Source of the DNA: Octopus sinensis
Taxonomy: Eukaryota
Direction: 5' to 3'
DNA length: 64,000 nt
NCBI RefSeq assembly: GCF_006345805.1
Contig: NC_042997.1
Coordinates: 174,592,001 to 174,656,000, forward strand
The notes below the pieces were generated by a model. The model was not told the DNA's origin. It made no database searches and was given only the letters and a program-made list of their open reading frames with translations. Both the position numbers and the translations under genes were made by a program. This document shows, in pieces, positions 1-13,346 of this stretch (position 1 is its first letter; each line of letters opens with the position of its first letter).

Positions 1-105
1 AAGGATGAAAGTCAAAGTCGACGTTGGCGGAGTTTGAAATCAGAACGTAAAGGCGGACTAAATGTCGCATTGCATTTTGCCCAGCACGCTAACTATTCTG
101 CCATC
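1..105 (-). mobile_element. SINE family A fragment (tRNA-derived head plus GCCTTTCATCCTTTCGGGGTCGATAAA body), degenerate
   Basis: Reverse complement aligns by eye to intact family A copies at 9982 and 31615 (aaggatgaaa..aaagtcgac..ggcggagtttgaaatcagaacgtaa). Confidence 0.75.
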
Positions 106-609
106 TCAACAAAAAGTAAAATATTAGTCGTTGTCAGATCTCCGATTTGAAGATATCTTTATGTCTTCCTCTGGCTAGTTTTGGAGATCCGACAAAGTTT
201 TACGGGCCGTATCGCAACCTCTGATTGAATTATACATTTAAAAAAAGTTGATATGTAGTTTGTAGTAGACGCATCTCATTTTCAGCTCAGTGGATTGGAG
301 CAACATGAAGTGAAATGACTTGCCCAAGAATACAACGGGCTCCCCAATCCGGAGATCGTTCCAACAGCCTTACATGCGTAAGTCCAAGGCCACTCGCTCA
401 ATCTCCCGTAAATGATATGAAGACTAACCTAGAGTAAACTCCAAGCTCTTTGACTGATTTTAATGATGTACAGTACACAGCGGTGCCAATATTTGTGCTT
501 GGCCTCCGGTCTGAGAATACCCTACCCTCCACATACTTTCTTCTGCTAGTCGCAAAAACACTGAAAATGTTCAGGAGCATTGCGCTCACTTTTGCTTCTA
601 AAAAATAGA

Positions 610-783
610 TGAAGCGATTATAGTAACCAAATCTTTCTTAAATTATACTCCTGCAACTTATTTAAAGAAGGAAATACATATTGGATTATTTAACTAGAGT
701 AGATAAAATGTCTCAAAAGACTAGATGGGCATGGCAAGAATGTCTTTAATCTTAGCTCAGTTCGATCAGGGCAAAACAACAAC
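610..783 (+). repeat. Old dispersed repeat ending in (AAC)n; decayed copies also near 15050, 34660, 36850-37380, 57540 and, reversed, near 18810, 19935, 53090
   Basis: Recurring degenerate block atgg..catggc.agaatg.cttt.at..tag..ctg.tcgatcag...aaacaacaac; looks like an ancient retroposon 3' end. Confidence 0.5.
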
Positions 784-882
784 TTATCAATGTTACTTGA
801 GGATATTGAAATGCAAAAATCGTCTTCGTTTGGGTTTGTCCTCCCAATACTGAGAGAGCAACTAAACGAATCTCTGAAAAAA

Positions 883-921
<39 letters not shown>

Positions 922-1804
922 AGGCTTTCTTTTTTGTTCGTTCGTGTCGCTAAAATTTCTATCGATTTTTATGTATTTTAAATTGAATTTCTTTTTTCAT
1001 TTGTTTTTATGCAAAATTTTAAAAATTAATAAGAAATTTAATAAGACAAACAATTTGTGATGTTTAATGTTTTTGTTGATTTTATTTTTTTTTATTTTGT
1101 CGAGGGTTTTTTTTTTTTATTTTTTTACTTTTTTCAAACCCAAAATTTGTACGAGTAAAAAATTAATAAGAAACATTATGAAAGAAGCCATAAATTTATC
1201 AAAAATCAGCTAGAAATAGCGATTATCAATCACAAAAGACAATAAAATTACATCTACTACAACAGCACCGCCACCATTGCCACTACCATACCATTAGCAG
1301 CAGCAGTAGCAACTGCAAAACTGATTGCAATTTTCGCTCGTTTCATTGGCTAATTGTATATATTTTGTTAATTTATTTTCCTGGGGTTTTTTCGTGTTGC
1401 TTTTGCGTCTTTTTTTTTTTTTTTGTAGTTTCACTTTTATTTGTTTTATGTATTTTTAAGTTTCGCTTTCTTTTTTTTGCTGTAGTTTTTTTTGTTTTTG
1501 TTTTTTCTTTCACTTTTTTTTCTAAAAAGAAAATTATTCATCATGAACGAATCAAAGGAAAATGATAAGGACACGGTTCAAAAAAGAAGTTTTATTTGAT
1601 TTTTAAAGAGAAAAGAATTATCTTATAAGGTTTGCAAAGAAGTGTGTGTCGCAGCAATTATCAGAGATAATATCTAAATGAATATCTCAGCCAATTATCG
1701 CAGTTCGGAAACATTACACTAAAAGTCTGCTAGCATCCACCCGCCGGTACCCTTCTTTTAACAACTCGCTGCTGCTATTACAACTATCTCTATCGCTTCT
1801 GCCA

Positions 1805-3030
1805 TTAGCCACACATCACCATTCTACCATCATCAGCTCCTCCTCCAATAACGTAACTAGTTCCATCATCACCACCACCACCACCATTCTTACTGCCACT
1901 ATCACCATCACCACCATCACCACTACCACCACCACCACCACCACTATCACAACCACCACCACCACCACCACTATCAGCACCATCACCACCACCACCACCA
2001 CCACTATCAGCACCATCAGCCACCATCAGCACCACCACAATCACCACCATCACCGCCACCACTGTCACCCGAATCAGCACCAAAATCACCATCATCACCA
2101 TCAACCACAACAATACACTACAATAATCACCCTCACTAACATCTCTGCCCCTTCCGTCTACATTCAGCAGCACCATCAACACTAACCATTACCACCCTCG
2201 ACGCAAGCACCACATTTACTATGTATTTGAACCTCACCAATACCAGCATCATTATAACCTCCACCATCATCATCACATCCACCATTTTCATCATCATCAC
2301 CCAACCACTTCATTCATCATCGCCATCACCTCTCCATCATCATCACCAGCACCTCCAATCACTATCTTCACCACTTCCATTCAACCCCACCAACTTCCCC
2401 ACCATCTCACCATCATAACATCACCACCTCCCCATCCCCACCTCCATCTCACCATTTCGCCACCATCACTACTTCACTCAATCCCATTCACAATCATTCA
2501 CCACCACCATCAGCATCATCACAACCGTCACCTCCGTCACACCACCACCTCCGCCATCACCAGGACCTCCATCACTGAAACAGCCACCAGCCTCACCATT
2601 GCCATCATCATCAACTTCACTACTACTACTGCCACCCACATTCACAAGTACCACTATTATAACTATCACCCCCACCGTCACTACCGCCTCCATGAGAACC
2701 ACACTCACCACTTTCACTTGAGTTACGACCACCACTACAGCCACCCGCAACACAATATCTAATACTAATGACACTGACCACTCTCTACCTGGACCACAAC
2801 AATCAGAAACTATTACCTATACACACGACTTCTCTCATAATTATAGCTACCTCCACGTCTGTCAACTAGAACCCCCAAAATATATATCCAGTATTCACAC
2901 CGTTATCGATACTACCACCAAAACTTACGCCGCCATTACGTATAACTCAACTTCCAACAAACTAAGTTAACCATCGAAAGTTTTTCAACCACCACAACCA
3001 CAACCACCACTACCATCACCACTACCACCA
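1805..3030. repeat. Degenerate (CAC/CAT/CAG)n trinucleotide low-complexity tract
   Basis: Directly visible accaccacc/atcatc repeats; produces poly-V/G/H ORFs. Confidence 0.9.
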
Positions 3031-3052
3031 ACACCACTAATAATATAAAATC

Positions 3053-3083
<31 letters not shown>

Positions 3084-3226
3084 GCATAAATAATGATATA
3101 ATAATAACAATAACTACAAAAAACTAAAAATAACAATAATAATAATAACAACAACAAACACAATACAACATTAACAATAAATAATAATAATAATAATAAT
3201 ATCATTAATATATAATAATAATACTT

Positions 3227-3790
3227 AAATGCCCTGATGCAGTACCAGGCAGTGGCTCTCATGGCTTCTGATCTTAACTGATTGGAAGTTTATCATGTCA
3301 TTGTTTTGTCTTGGTATAAATGGGCTACAGCAATATTCTGCTCAATACCAATATTTGCTTGTCAGTTGTTGACCTTAACCAGTTGAGCATGTTCCCTTAG
3401 TGGCTGACGATATGTGCATCTCTGATCACGAGCCGAAGTAGTGGGGGACATCATAGCCTATGTTGAAGAAGGATTCTTTGGGGTTTGAAATAATTTTACA
3501 CTTTGGAAACATGGGTGTTTTCGTTCAACGTCCTTAAACAAAACCCTTATTAAGGGACCTTTTGAGCGGGATGGGTTACTACTCGACCAGAACAAAATTC
3601 TAACTGGGCTCCACCTGCAAGGTCATGTGCTGTGAAGAATCTTGTATGAGATCACCATGTCGCGGCACATATGGTTTGTGATCATTTTGCCTGGTGTACC
3701 CTTATCAGACGGTAAGTCATGAGGGTATCCTGGGCCTTCGTATATTTTACCCCAGTGTCACTTTGAATTGGCAAACCATGCTCAGCGACT
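3227..3790 (+). mobile_element. ~560-bp non-coding element in a (TAA)n array, copy 1 (indel-rich)
   Basis: Starts aaatgccctgatgcagtaccaggc; colinear with 3808-4377 and 48111-48663; flanked by TAA repeats. Confidence 0.85.
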
Positions 3791-3807
3791 AAATAATATA
3801 ATATAAT

Positions 3808-4377
3808 AAAATGCCCTGATGCAGTACCAGGCATGGCTCTCGTGGCTTCTGATCTTAACTGATTGGAAGGTGTCATATATATTGTTATAATTGTTTTGTC
3901 TTGGTATAAAAGATGGGCTACAGCAAATATTCTGCTCAATACCACAGATGTGCTTGTCACTTGTTTGACCTTAACCAGTTGAGCATGTCATCTTAATGGG
4001 CTGACGATATGTGCATCTCTGATCACGAGCAGCAAAGTAGTAGGGGGAGCATCAAAGCCATGTGTTGAGAGGGATTCTTGGGGTTTGAATAATTCACCCT
4101 TGGAAATATGGGTGTTTCATTCAATATCGTTAAACAACCCTTCTTCAGGGACCTTTTGAGCGGGATGGGTTACTCGACCAGAACAAAATTCTACCTGGGC
4201 CCCAAGTGCAAGGTCATTTGCTGTTTATCTTGATATGAGATCACTATGTCGCGCACATATGGTTGTGATGCATGTGCCTAGTGTATCCTTATCAGACGGG
4301 TAGTCATGATGGGTATACTGAGCTTCGTATATTTTACCCCAGTTTCACTTTGATGACATGCACTGCTCTCTCACTCA
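3808..4377 (+). mobile_element. ~560-bp non-coding element in a (TAA)n array, copy 2 (tandem to copy 1)
   Basis: Same start as copy 1; ends ...cactgctctctcactc followed by (AAT)n. Confidence 0.85.
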
Positions 4378-4427
4378 ATAATAATAATAATGATGATGAT
4401 AATAATAATAATAATAATAATAATAAT

Positions 4428-4614
4428 CCTTTCTACTGGAGGCACAAGGCATCGAATTTGTGGGGAGGGGACTAGTTAATTACATTGACCCCAGTGTTTT
4501 ACTGGTACTTAATTTATCAACTCCGAAAGAATGAAAGGCAAAATCGACCTCGGCGGAATTTGAACTCAGAACGTACGGCCGGCGTACTAACGTTTCTGCT
4601 AGCTCACCACCTTC
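4428..4614 (-). mobile_element. SINE family A copy
   Basis: ccgaaagaatgaaaggcaaaatcgacctcggcggaatttgaactcagaacgta matches family A in reverse. Confidence 0.8.
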
Positions 4615-5177
4615 AATAATAATAATAACGTTGAGGATGGTGATGGTGATGATGATGATGATTATGATGATAATAATGATGAGGATCACGGTTCCCTGTA
4701 TGAAGTTTAGGTTCAGAAATGACATTTAGTGCTACGAAGCGAAAACACTATAAAATAAACAAAAATTCAACCACCACCCCTATATACATACAATGTAGTA
4801 CAAAATATAGTTTATATCAATTGTGGCTATGTATCCATGTGGAACTATGAGTCTGATGTCATATGTGTATTGTATACGTACTGAAGACACAAACTCATAT
4901 AGCTGCATGTGTGTGTGAATGTGTATGTGTTTGTATGCGTGCACACGTATGAGAGTATATATGTGTATGTGTGTGTGTTTGTATGTGTGCACACGTATGA
5001 GAGTATATATGTGTATGTGTGTGTGTGAGAGAGAGAGTAAAAGAGACAGAAAACGGTTAGATTAAATTTATTATTTAATCTAACCGTTTTTCTATTTATA
5101 AACATACTTGATTTATATCTATGTTTATATATATCAATATATAGTGTATAAACCGTTATATATATATATTATATATA

Positions 5178-5233
<56 letters not shown>

Positions 5234-5439
5234 TATAGATATAGATAAGATATATAGATATATATATAGACTATACATATATTACATATATTATATATAA
5301 TATCTATATATACATATATATACATATATATATATACATTAATATATACATATTATATATAATATATATCACTATATTATATAACACCTATTATATACAT
5401 ATATACACGCGTGTATATACATATATATATAACACACAC

Positions 5440-5474
<35 letters not shown>

Positions 5475-5520
5475 CATATACAATATTACATACAATGAGC
5501 GTGAGAGAGGACAGATAATG

Positions 5521-5928
5521 AGACAGAGAGACAGAGAGATAGAGAGAAATTTAGAATCCCCATATCATTAAATGATATATATACCAAAATGCTAAAAGGA
5601 CTTTTTGAATCAACGTCTATATATATGTAATATGAATGTAGAAGTGTGTAAGTAAGTATGAGTATGTATGTATACATAGACTTTATGTAGGTTTTTCCTT
5701 TGCTGACGCGTGAATAAAGAAGCTAGCATATCAAACATTTATAAGTGACGTAATTAAGAATTAAGCAAGCGTAAAAATCATGTGTATGATAATAGACTCG
5801 CATAAATAATTCATTTAACGAGGATATAAACTCCTAATCTTTTGTTCGGGCTTAATTGCGCATTCGCAATCACACATGCAGAATATTACAACCTAAGCCT
5901 TATCTACGTATCTAAGATTATAATATAT

Positions 5929-5969
<41 letters not shown>

Positions 5970-5978
5970 AACTTTACG

Positions 5979-6035
<57 letters not shown>

Positions 6036-6171
6036 CATATATGCTTATATATATGTACGTATACGTATAGGTGTATGTATGTATCTATGTTGTACGTACA
6101 CACACGCACAACACATATATATGCCTGAATGTATCTATGTGGCTTGCGTAGTATGCATGCATATATATAGT

Positions 6172-6235
<64 letters not shown>

Positions 6236-6386
6236 CGTGTGTGTTTGTGTGTGTTTGTGTGTGTGCGTGTGTTTATTATGTCTACTTACATGCACAAAGA
6301 GAGAGTGAAAGTAAATAAATGAGGGAGTTAGATGAATAGACAGACATGCTGACAGAGACAGCCAGACAGACAGACAGACAGACAGT

Positions 6387-6426
<40 letters not shown>

Positions 6427-6470
6427 CAGACAGCAGACAGACAGACAGACAGACAGAAAGATAGATAGAC

Positions 6471-6503
<33 letters not shown>

Positions 6504-6540
6504 GATAGATAGTAGACTATAGATAGAGATAGATAGATAA

Positions 6541-6604
<64 letters not shown>

Positions 6605-8062
6605 ATAGATAGTTAGATAGATAGAGTTCTTCAAAATTCAGCAGCTTATCGTTTTTAGTATAATGATGTATAATCCTATATACACTCACTTATATACACA
6701 CAAACACAAACACACGCAAACACATGAACACACACACGCTGCCCCCCCCCCCCCCCACACACACACACGAAGAAACAACGAGGGACACTTTACACTCTCG
6801 TTCGAAATTGATACAATCGAATTTACACCAGTGGTCTTTAAAAGACGTGTATTTGATAACGTAATACGAAGTAAACACTTGTTAAAAAAAAAATTATAAA
6901 ATATTGTTACAATAGCTATACCCGTCACGGAATCTGTCTTCGATTCCACATGTTCAAAGTCGTGCAAATGAAATATTTTTATTTACTAAACTATGGGCAA
7001 CCTCACGTACATACATTGTCAAAACTGCGTTACAAAGACTAGAATTACTCTGCCAAAATTGTTCAACGTTAATTACTCATAAAACTTGTCAACAGAGCAC
7101 AGAGTAACCCGTGTGGTTGAAGTATTTATATCTATTAGACAAGGAGTTATAACATATGCAAATATCTTAGTATCTATTCAAATGTATGCAATGGAAAAAA
7201 ACTTATAATGTATATAATGGAAAGAAAAACAACTTCTACTGAATCATGCGCCTGTTGAAAGATCTAAGTCCTCACTGAAAGATAATCTCACGTTCTCTAC
7301 CCAATGGATACATTTTATATCTAAATTAAAGTACTAACATTGCATATGGATGATGAACGTATACTGGATGGTTAAGAAGCAAACAGTGCAATATACACTC
7401 CACTGCAAATGATATCACTGTTCATTTCTCCTTAACCATCTAGCGCACTTTTATCATCAAACTGCAATGTNNNNNNNNNNNNNNNNNNNNNNNNNNNNNN
7501 NNNNNNNNNNNNNNNNNNNNNNNNNNNNNNNNNNNNNNNNNNNNNNNNNNNNNNNNNNNNNNNNNNNNNNAGACAGAGAGACAGAGAGATAGAGAGAAAG
7601 ATTTAGAATCCCCACTATCATTTAAATGATATATAGTACCAAAATGCTAAAAGGACTTTTTGAATCAACGTCTATATATATGTAAATATGAATGTAGGGA
7701 GTGTGTAAGTAAGTATGAGTATGTATGTATACATAGACTTAATGTAGGTTTTCCTTTGCTGACGCGTGAATAAAGAAGCTAGCATATCAAACATTTATAA
7801 GTGACGTAATTAAGAATTAAGCAAGCGTAAAAAATGTGTATGATAATAGACTCGCATAAATAATTCATTAACGAGGATATAAACTCCTAATCTTTTGTTC
7901 GGGGTAATTGCGCATTCGCAATCACACATGCAGAATATTACACCTAAGCCTTATCTACGTATCTAAGATTATAATACATATGCCATATTATATATATATA
8001 TATAATATATTATATATATGTATATCTTTACGCACAATATATATATGTATATCTTTACGCAC

Positions 8063-8094
<32 letters not shown>

Positions 8095-8414
8095 TATATA
8101 TATAAATGCTTATATATATGTACGTATAAGTGTAGTGTATGTATGTATCTAGTATGTACGTACACACACGCACACCACATATATATGTCTGAATGTATCT
8201 ATGTGCTTGCGTAGGTATGCATGCATATATATATATATTATATATATATATATATGTATGTGTGCGTGTGTGTTTGTGTGTGTTTGTGTGTGTGCGTGTG
8301 TTTGTATGTCTACTTACATGCACAAAGAGAGAGTGAAAGTAAATAAATGAGGGAGTTAGATGAATAGACAGACATGCTGACAGAGACAGCCAGACAGACA
8401 GACAGACAGACAGT

Positions 8415-8454
<40 letters not shown>

Positions 8455-8498
8455 CAGACAGCAGACAGACAGACAGACAGACAGAAAGATAGATAGAC

Positions 8499-8531
<33 letters not shown>

Positions 8532-8568
8532 GATAGATAGTAGACTATAGATAGAGATAGATAGATAA

Positions 8569-8632
<64 letters not shown>

Positions 8633-9491
8633 ATAGATAGTTAGATAGATAGAGTTCTTCAAAATTCAGCAGCTTATCGTTTTTAGTATAATGATGTATA
8701 ATCCTATATACACTCACTTATATAACACAAACACAAACACACGCAAACACATGAACACACACACGCTGCCCCCCCCCCCCACCACACACAACGAAGAACA
8801 ACGAGGGACACTTTACACTCTCGTTCGAAATTGATACAATCGAATTTACACCAGTGGTCTTTAAAAGACGTGTATTTGATAACGTAATACGAAGTAAACA
8901 CTTGTTAAAAAAAAAATTATAAAATATTGTTACAATAGCTATACCCGTCACGGAATCTGTCTTCGATTCCACATGTTCAAAGTCGTGCAAATGAAATATT
9001 TTTATTTACTAAACTATGGGCAACCTCACGTACATACATTGTCAAAACTGCGTTACAAAGACTAGAATTACTCTGCCAAAATTGTTCAACGTTAATTACT
9101 CATAAAACTTGTCAACAGAGCACAGAGTAACCCGTGTGGTTGAAGTATTTATATCTATAGACAAGGAGTTATAACATATGCAAATATCTAGTATCTATTC
9201 AAATGTATGCAATGGAAAAAAAAACTTATAATGTATATAATGGAAAGAAAACAACTTCTACTAATCATGCGCCTGTTGAAAGATCTAAGTCCTCACTGAA
9301 AGATAATCTCACGTTCTCTACCCAATGGATACATTTTATATCTAAATTAAAGTACTAACATTGCATATGGATGATGAACGTATACTGGATGGTTAAGAAG
9401 CAAACAGTGCAATATACACTCCACTGCAAATGATATCACTGTTCATTTCTCCTTAACCATCTAGCGCACTTTTATCATCAAACTGCAATGT
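5521..9491. repeat. ~1.9-kb near-identical direct duplication (5521-7470 vs 7571-9491) flanking an assembly gap
   Basis: The copies differ mainly by 1-bp indels and microsatellite length; both contain an identical (TAGA)n block; exactly 100 N lie between them. Confidence 0.9.
7471..7570. other. Assembly gap (100 N)
   Basis: Run of n characters. Confidence 1.
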
Positions 9492-10472
9492 AAGTACTTT
9501 AATCTAGATATGAGCTGTATCCAAGAACCTTCAGGACATATTTCAGGGAGAACATATCATACAACAGCCCCGATTTCAATTGCTTTACGTATCAAAGAAA
9601 ATAATCATTTATGTCAGGTTCGAAGTAATTATATTAAAACAGTTAAATTTACTATAGTTTTTTTTTTCGCTAACTTAATTTGAATTCAGTCTAAGTGCAT
9701 GTTACGGCTCTCACAATCTCTCATCAGTACGAATAATTCATCCATACATGTTAATCTATGCTCTGTAGACAGGTTTTGTAAGTGATTAGCGTTGAAAAGT
9801 ATTTTTGGCTTAGAAGAGTAAGTGTAATACAGTTTTGACAATAAGAGAAAAGCAAAGTAAATATTTCTTATTGCAGGACTTCGAGTATTTATCGTAGAGG
9901 ACTCATTCATTTTTATGTATAGTTAATGAATCATTATCATTAATTATTACTTTTGTTTTAACAATATTATACTCCGTTTTAAGGCGGCGAACTGGCAGAA
10001 TCGTTAGAACGCCGGGCGAAATGCTTAGCAGTATTTCGTCTGCCGTTACGTTCTGAGTTCAAACTCCGCCGAGGTCGCCTTTGCCTTTCATCCTTTCGGG
10101 GTCGATAAATTAAGTACCAGTTACGCACTGGGGTCGATGTAATCAACTTAATACTTATGTCTATCCTTGTTTGTCCCCTCTATGTTTAGCCCCTTGTGGG
10201 AAATAAAGAAATAGGTATTTCGTCTGTTTTTTCGTTGGAATTCAAATTTCCCCTAGGTCGACTTTGCCTTTCAGCCTTTCGGGGTCGATAAATTAAGTAC
10301 CAGTTGTGTACTGGGATCGGTCTAATCGACTGGCCCCCCTCCCCAAAAATTTCGGGCCTTGTGCCTAGAACAGAAAAGAATATTGTACTCCGTTTTATAC
10401 TATCATGTATATACCTTTTAAAACCGATGATGTAGATTTGATGCTTTAACAAGTTTTGGTAACTTCGAGCGA
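8821..10472. repeat. Long imperfect inverted repeat, ~600-bp arms, centre ~9423, right arm interrupted by a SINE
   Basis: 9326-9397 vs reverse complement of 9452-9523 gives 58/72 ungapped identity by hand count; 9039-9122 matches rc of 9759-9841; 8821-8895 matches rc of about 10385-10472. Confidence 0.85.
9982..10378 (+). mobile_element. SINE family A dimer with 19-bp target-site duplication
   Basis: tRNA-like head aggcggcgaactggcagaatcgttag and B-box-like gagttcaaactcc; body occurs twice; TSD aatatt(a/g)tactccgtttta at 9963-9981 and 10379-10397. Confidence 0.9.
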
Positions 10473-10848
10473 TAATATAGACCATTTGCAGCAGACTGTA
10501 CACTTCATCCTAGCAATTACTCAAATTACTTGCAGAAGATATCAGCCATAAATTTGCCATCTAAACTAGGTATCTGCATATCATCTCTACTCAAAACCTT
10601 TGCTTCAGGCGCCTTTTCCACTTGGATCATCCCCACAGTACCTCAACCCTCAAATTTCGAACTAAATACATCGCCTGTCCTTTTCTTTCTGGAAATGCAG
10701 TCATTTAGAAATCTGTTTAACCCACGCTGTTTTTTTTTTTACCCGTAGATGTTTTTATATTTCAAACTCAAACAGCACTAATTCAAGGTCACTAAGTCTG
10801 GGAAAGTCTCGATTGCTCCTTTTACTTCGGCTATCTTATAAATAAAGC

Positions 10849-10930
<82 letters not shown>

Positions 10931-11027
10931 TGTATATACTGGAGTTGTATGAATATATGAAAGTATATATGTACATTGGCGTGTATGTGCTTGGTCTAAA
11001 CACACATACACACACACATATATATAT

Positions 11028-11460
11028 AGGCACAGGCGTGGCTGTGCAGTAAGAAGCTTGCTACCCAACCACATGGTACGGGGTTCATTCTTCGTAGCCC
11101 CTGGTGGGTAATAAAGAAATAACATGGTACGGGGTTCAATCCCACTGCGTGGTACCTGGGTAAGTGTCTTCTACTATAGCCTCGGGCCGACCAAAGCCTT
11201 GTGACTGAGTTTGGTAGACGGAAACTGAAAGAACCCCATGTGTGTATGCGAGTGTGTGTGTGTGTGCTCTCCCCCACATAACCGCTTGACAGCAGAAGTT
11301 GGTGTTTTTTCGTCCCCGTAACATAGCGGTTCGGCAGAAGATCCCGAATAGATTAAGTACTAGGCTCTAAACAAATAAGTCCTTAGGTCGATTTGTTTGA
11401 CTAAAACTCTTCAAGCTGGTACTCCAGCATGACTGCATTCAAATAACTGAAACAAGTAAA
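11028..11460 (+). mobile_element. SINE family B (ggcgcaggagtggctgtgtggtaag head, CORE-like ccttgggcaagtgtctt, internal (TG)n)
   Basis: Full head-body-tail; a short family A tail piece is inserted at ~11088-11121, flanked by duplicated acatggtacggggttca. Confidence 0.85.
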
Positions 11461-11711
11461 AAAAAATATGAATACATATAACTATATACTTGTAGAGACA
11501 ATATTATTATTAATATTTTATTATGTTATATTTCGTAGTTGATGGAGCGTAGCGATGCGGATGCACATGCATCCTACAATCCCTCAACATAGGTCACATC
11601 TTAAAATAAAGTGTTTATTTACACAAATCAAAGTAGAGATCTTTAACCCTGCGACTGTTTCTGCAGCCAAAGGTCTTATTGTTTCCTACTACAGTCTAAC
11701 ATCTTAAACAT

Positions 11712-12100
11712 GTAGCTGTCTGGTAAGAAGCTTGCTTCCCAATTATATGGTTCCAGGTTACGCAAATGCCTTTTACTGTTGCCTCGAGCCAGTCAAAGCC
11801 TAGTGAGTGAACTTGGCAGACGGAAACCGAAAGAAGCTCGTCGTGTTGTGTGTGTGTGTGTACGTGCGTGCATATGTGTTTGTTCGTGTCTGTGTCTGTG
11901 TTTGCCCCAACCTGACACTTTACAACTAATGTTGATGTGTATTCGATCCCGTAACTTAGCGGTTCGGTATAAAAAGCCCGATAGAATAAGTACCAGGCTT
12001 TTAAAAAATAAGTACCAGTGTCGATACATTCGATTAAAATTCTTCCAAGTAGTGCCCCAGAATGGCTGTAATTTAATGACTGAAGAATGAAAAGATAAAA
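11712..12100 (+). mobile_element. SINE family B, degenerate
   Basis: tggtaagaagcttgcttccc...cgtaacttagcggttcgg...atgactgaa. Confidence 0.75.
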
Positions 12101-12439
12101 GATATCCTAAGAATTAAAACTGCCCTTGCACGGCTTTGCTGGCATATGTATATTTTACTACGAATGGTTGTACCCAAGCCATTCAAAAGATGGTTCCAAT
12201 AAAGCTGCAAAAAATTACTCCAATTAAATAAATTAAAAATAATTGAATAAAAATAGGCAATCAAATATATATCCCAAAATAAAATTTTGCTCCTATATTT
12301 AATTATTTTTGCGTGAAATTATTTTTTTCAGACTCCTGCACAAAATTATATTATTATTTGTCTTATCAGCCCCATCTCATCTAATTTCTATTGGCAAAAT
12401 GGATGAGATAGAAGGTATTCATGGTTGATATCCTATGCC

Positions 12440-12532
12440 AAAAGCTTGTGGATTTGGTAGACGGAACCTTAAAGAAGCCCGTTCTGTGTGTGTGTATATA
12501 TATATATGTGTGTGTGTGTGTATGTGTGTGTG

Positions 12533-12630
<98 letters not shown>

Positions 12631-12885
12631 ATGAGTGTATGTATGTATGTAGATATATATATATTTATGTGTATGTGTTTTGTGTCTATGTTTGTCCTCC
12701 ACCGCCTTTTGACAGCCGGTACTGGTATATTTACATCCCCGTAATTTAGCGGTTCACCAACGGAAGCCAATAAAATAAATACCAGGCTTAAAAAAAGTAC
12801 ATATTTACTGAGCTCGATTGGTACAGCAAAAATGTCTTCAAGACGGTACCCCAGCACGGCCACAGTTTAATGACTGAAGCAAGTA

Positions 12886-12890
<5 letters not shown>
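12440..12890 (+). mobile_element. SINE family B, 5'-truncated, with expanded internal microsatellite
   Basis: ggatttggtagacggaac...cccgtaatttagcggttc...atgactgaagcaagtaa. Confidence 0.75.
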
Positions 12891-13057
<167 letters not shown>

Positions 13058-13346
13058 TATAATATCAATTAGATAAAAGCATTCTTTCGAAATTATAACT
13101 TTTGCATTGCAGAATTTTAACCTCAGTTCTAACATTCGTTTCCCATAATGCAATTCCTCTTCTCCTCAGCTTGTAATGTCTTTGCATGTAACTTTGCACG
13201 TTCTACTTCCTGTCAGCAGTCGGCAGCCAACCGGAAGTAGAATACATTTATTTACGCTTTCATTTTGACAGACAAACCGTGAAACTACGTCCCACCGATA
13301 GCGAAGCTCAATGCAATTGGGTAGCGATTTGATATGTTCGTATTAG

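Noticed and set aside
1805-3262. Gly/Val/His/Leu-rich ORFs
   Set aside because: Translations of (CAC)n, (CAT)n and (TAA)n tracts; open in several frames, with no splice or codon evidence.
9370-9479. Pre-miRNA or SECIS-like stem and a GTAAGT donor-like site at 9490
   Set aside because: The stem is only the inner part of a much longer inverted repeat; there is no SECIS quartet partner and no upstream open exon.
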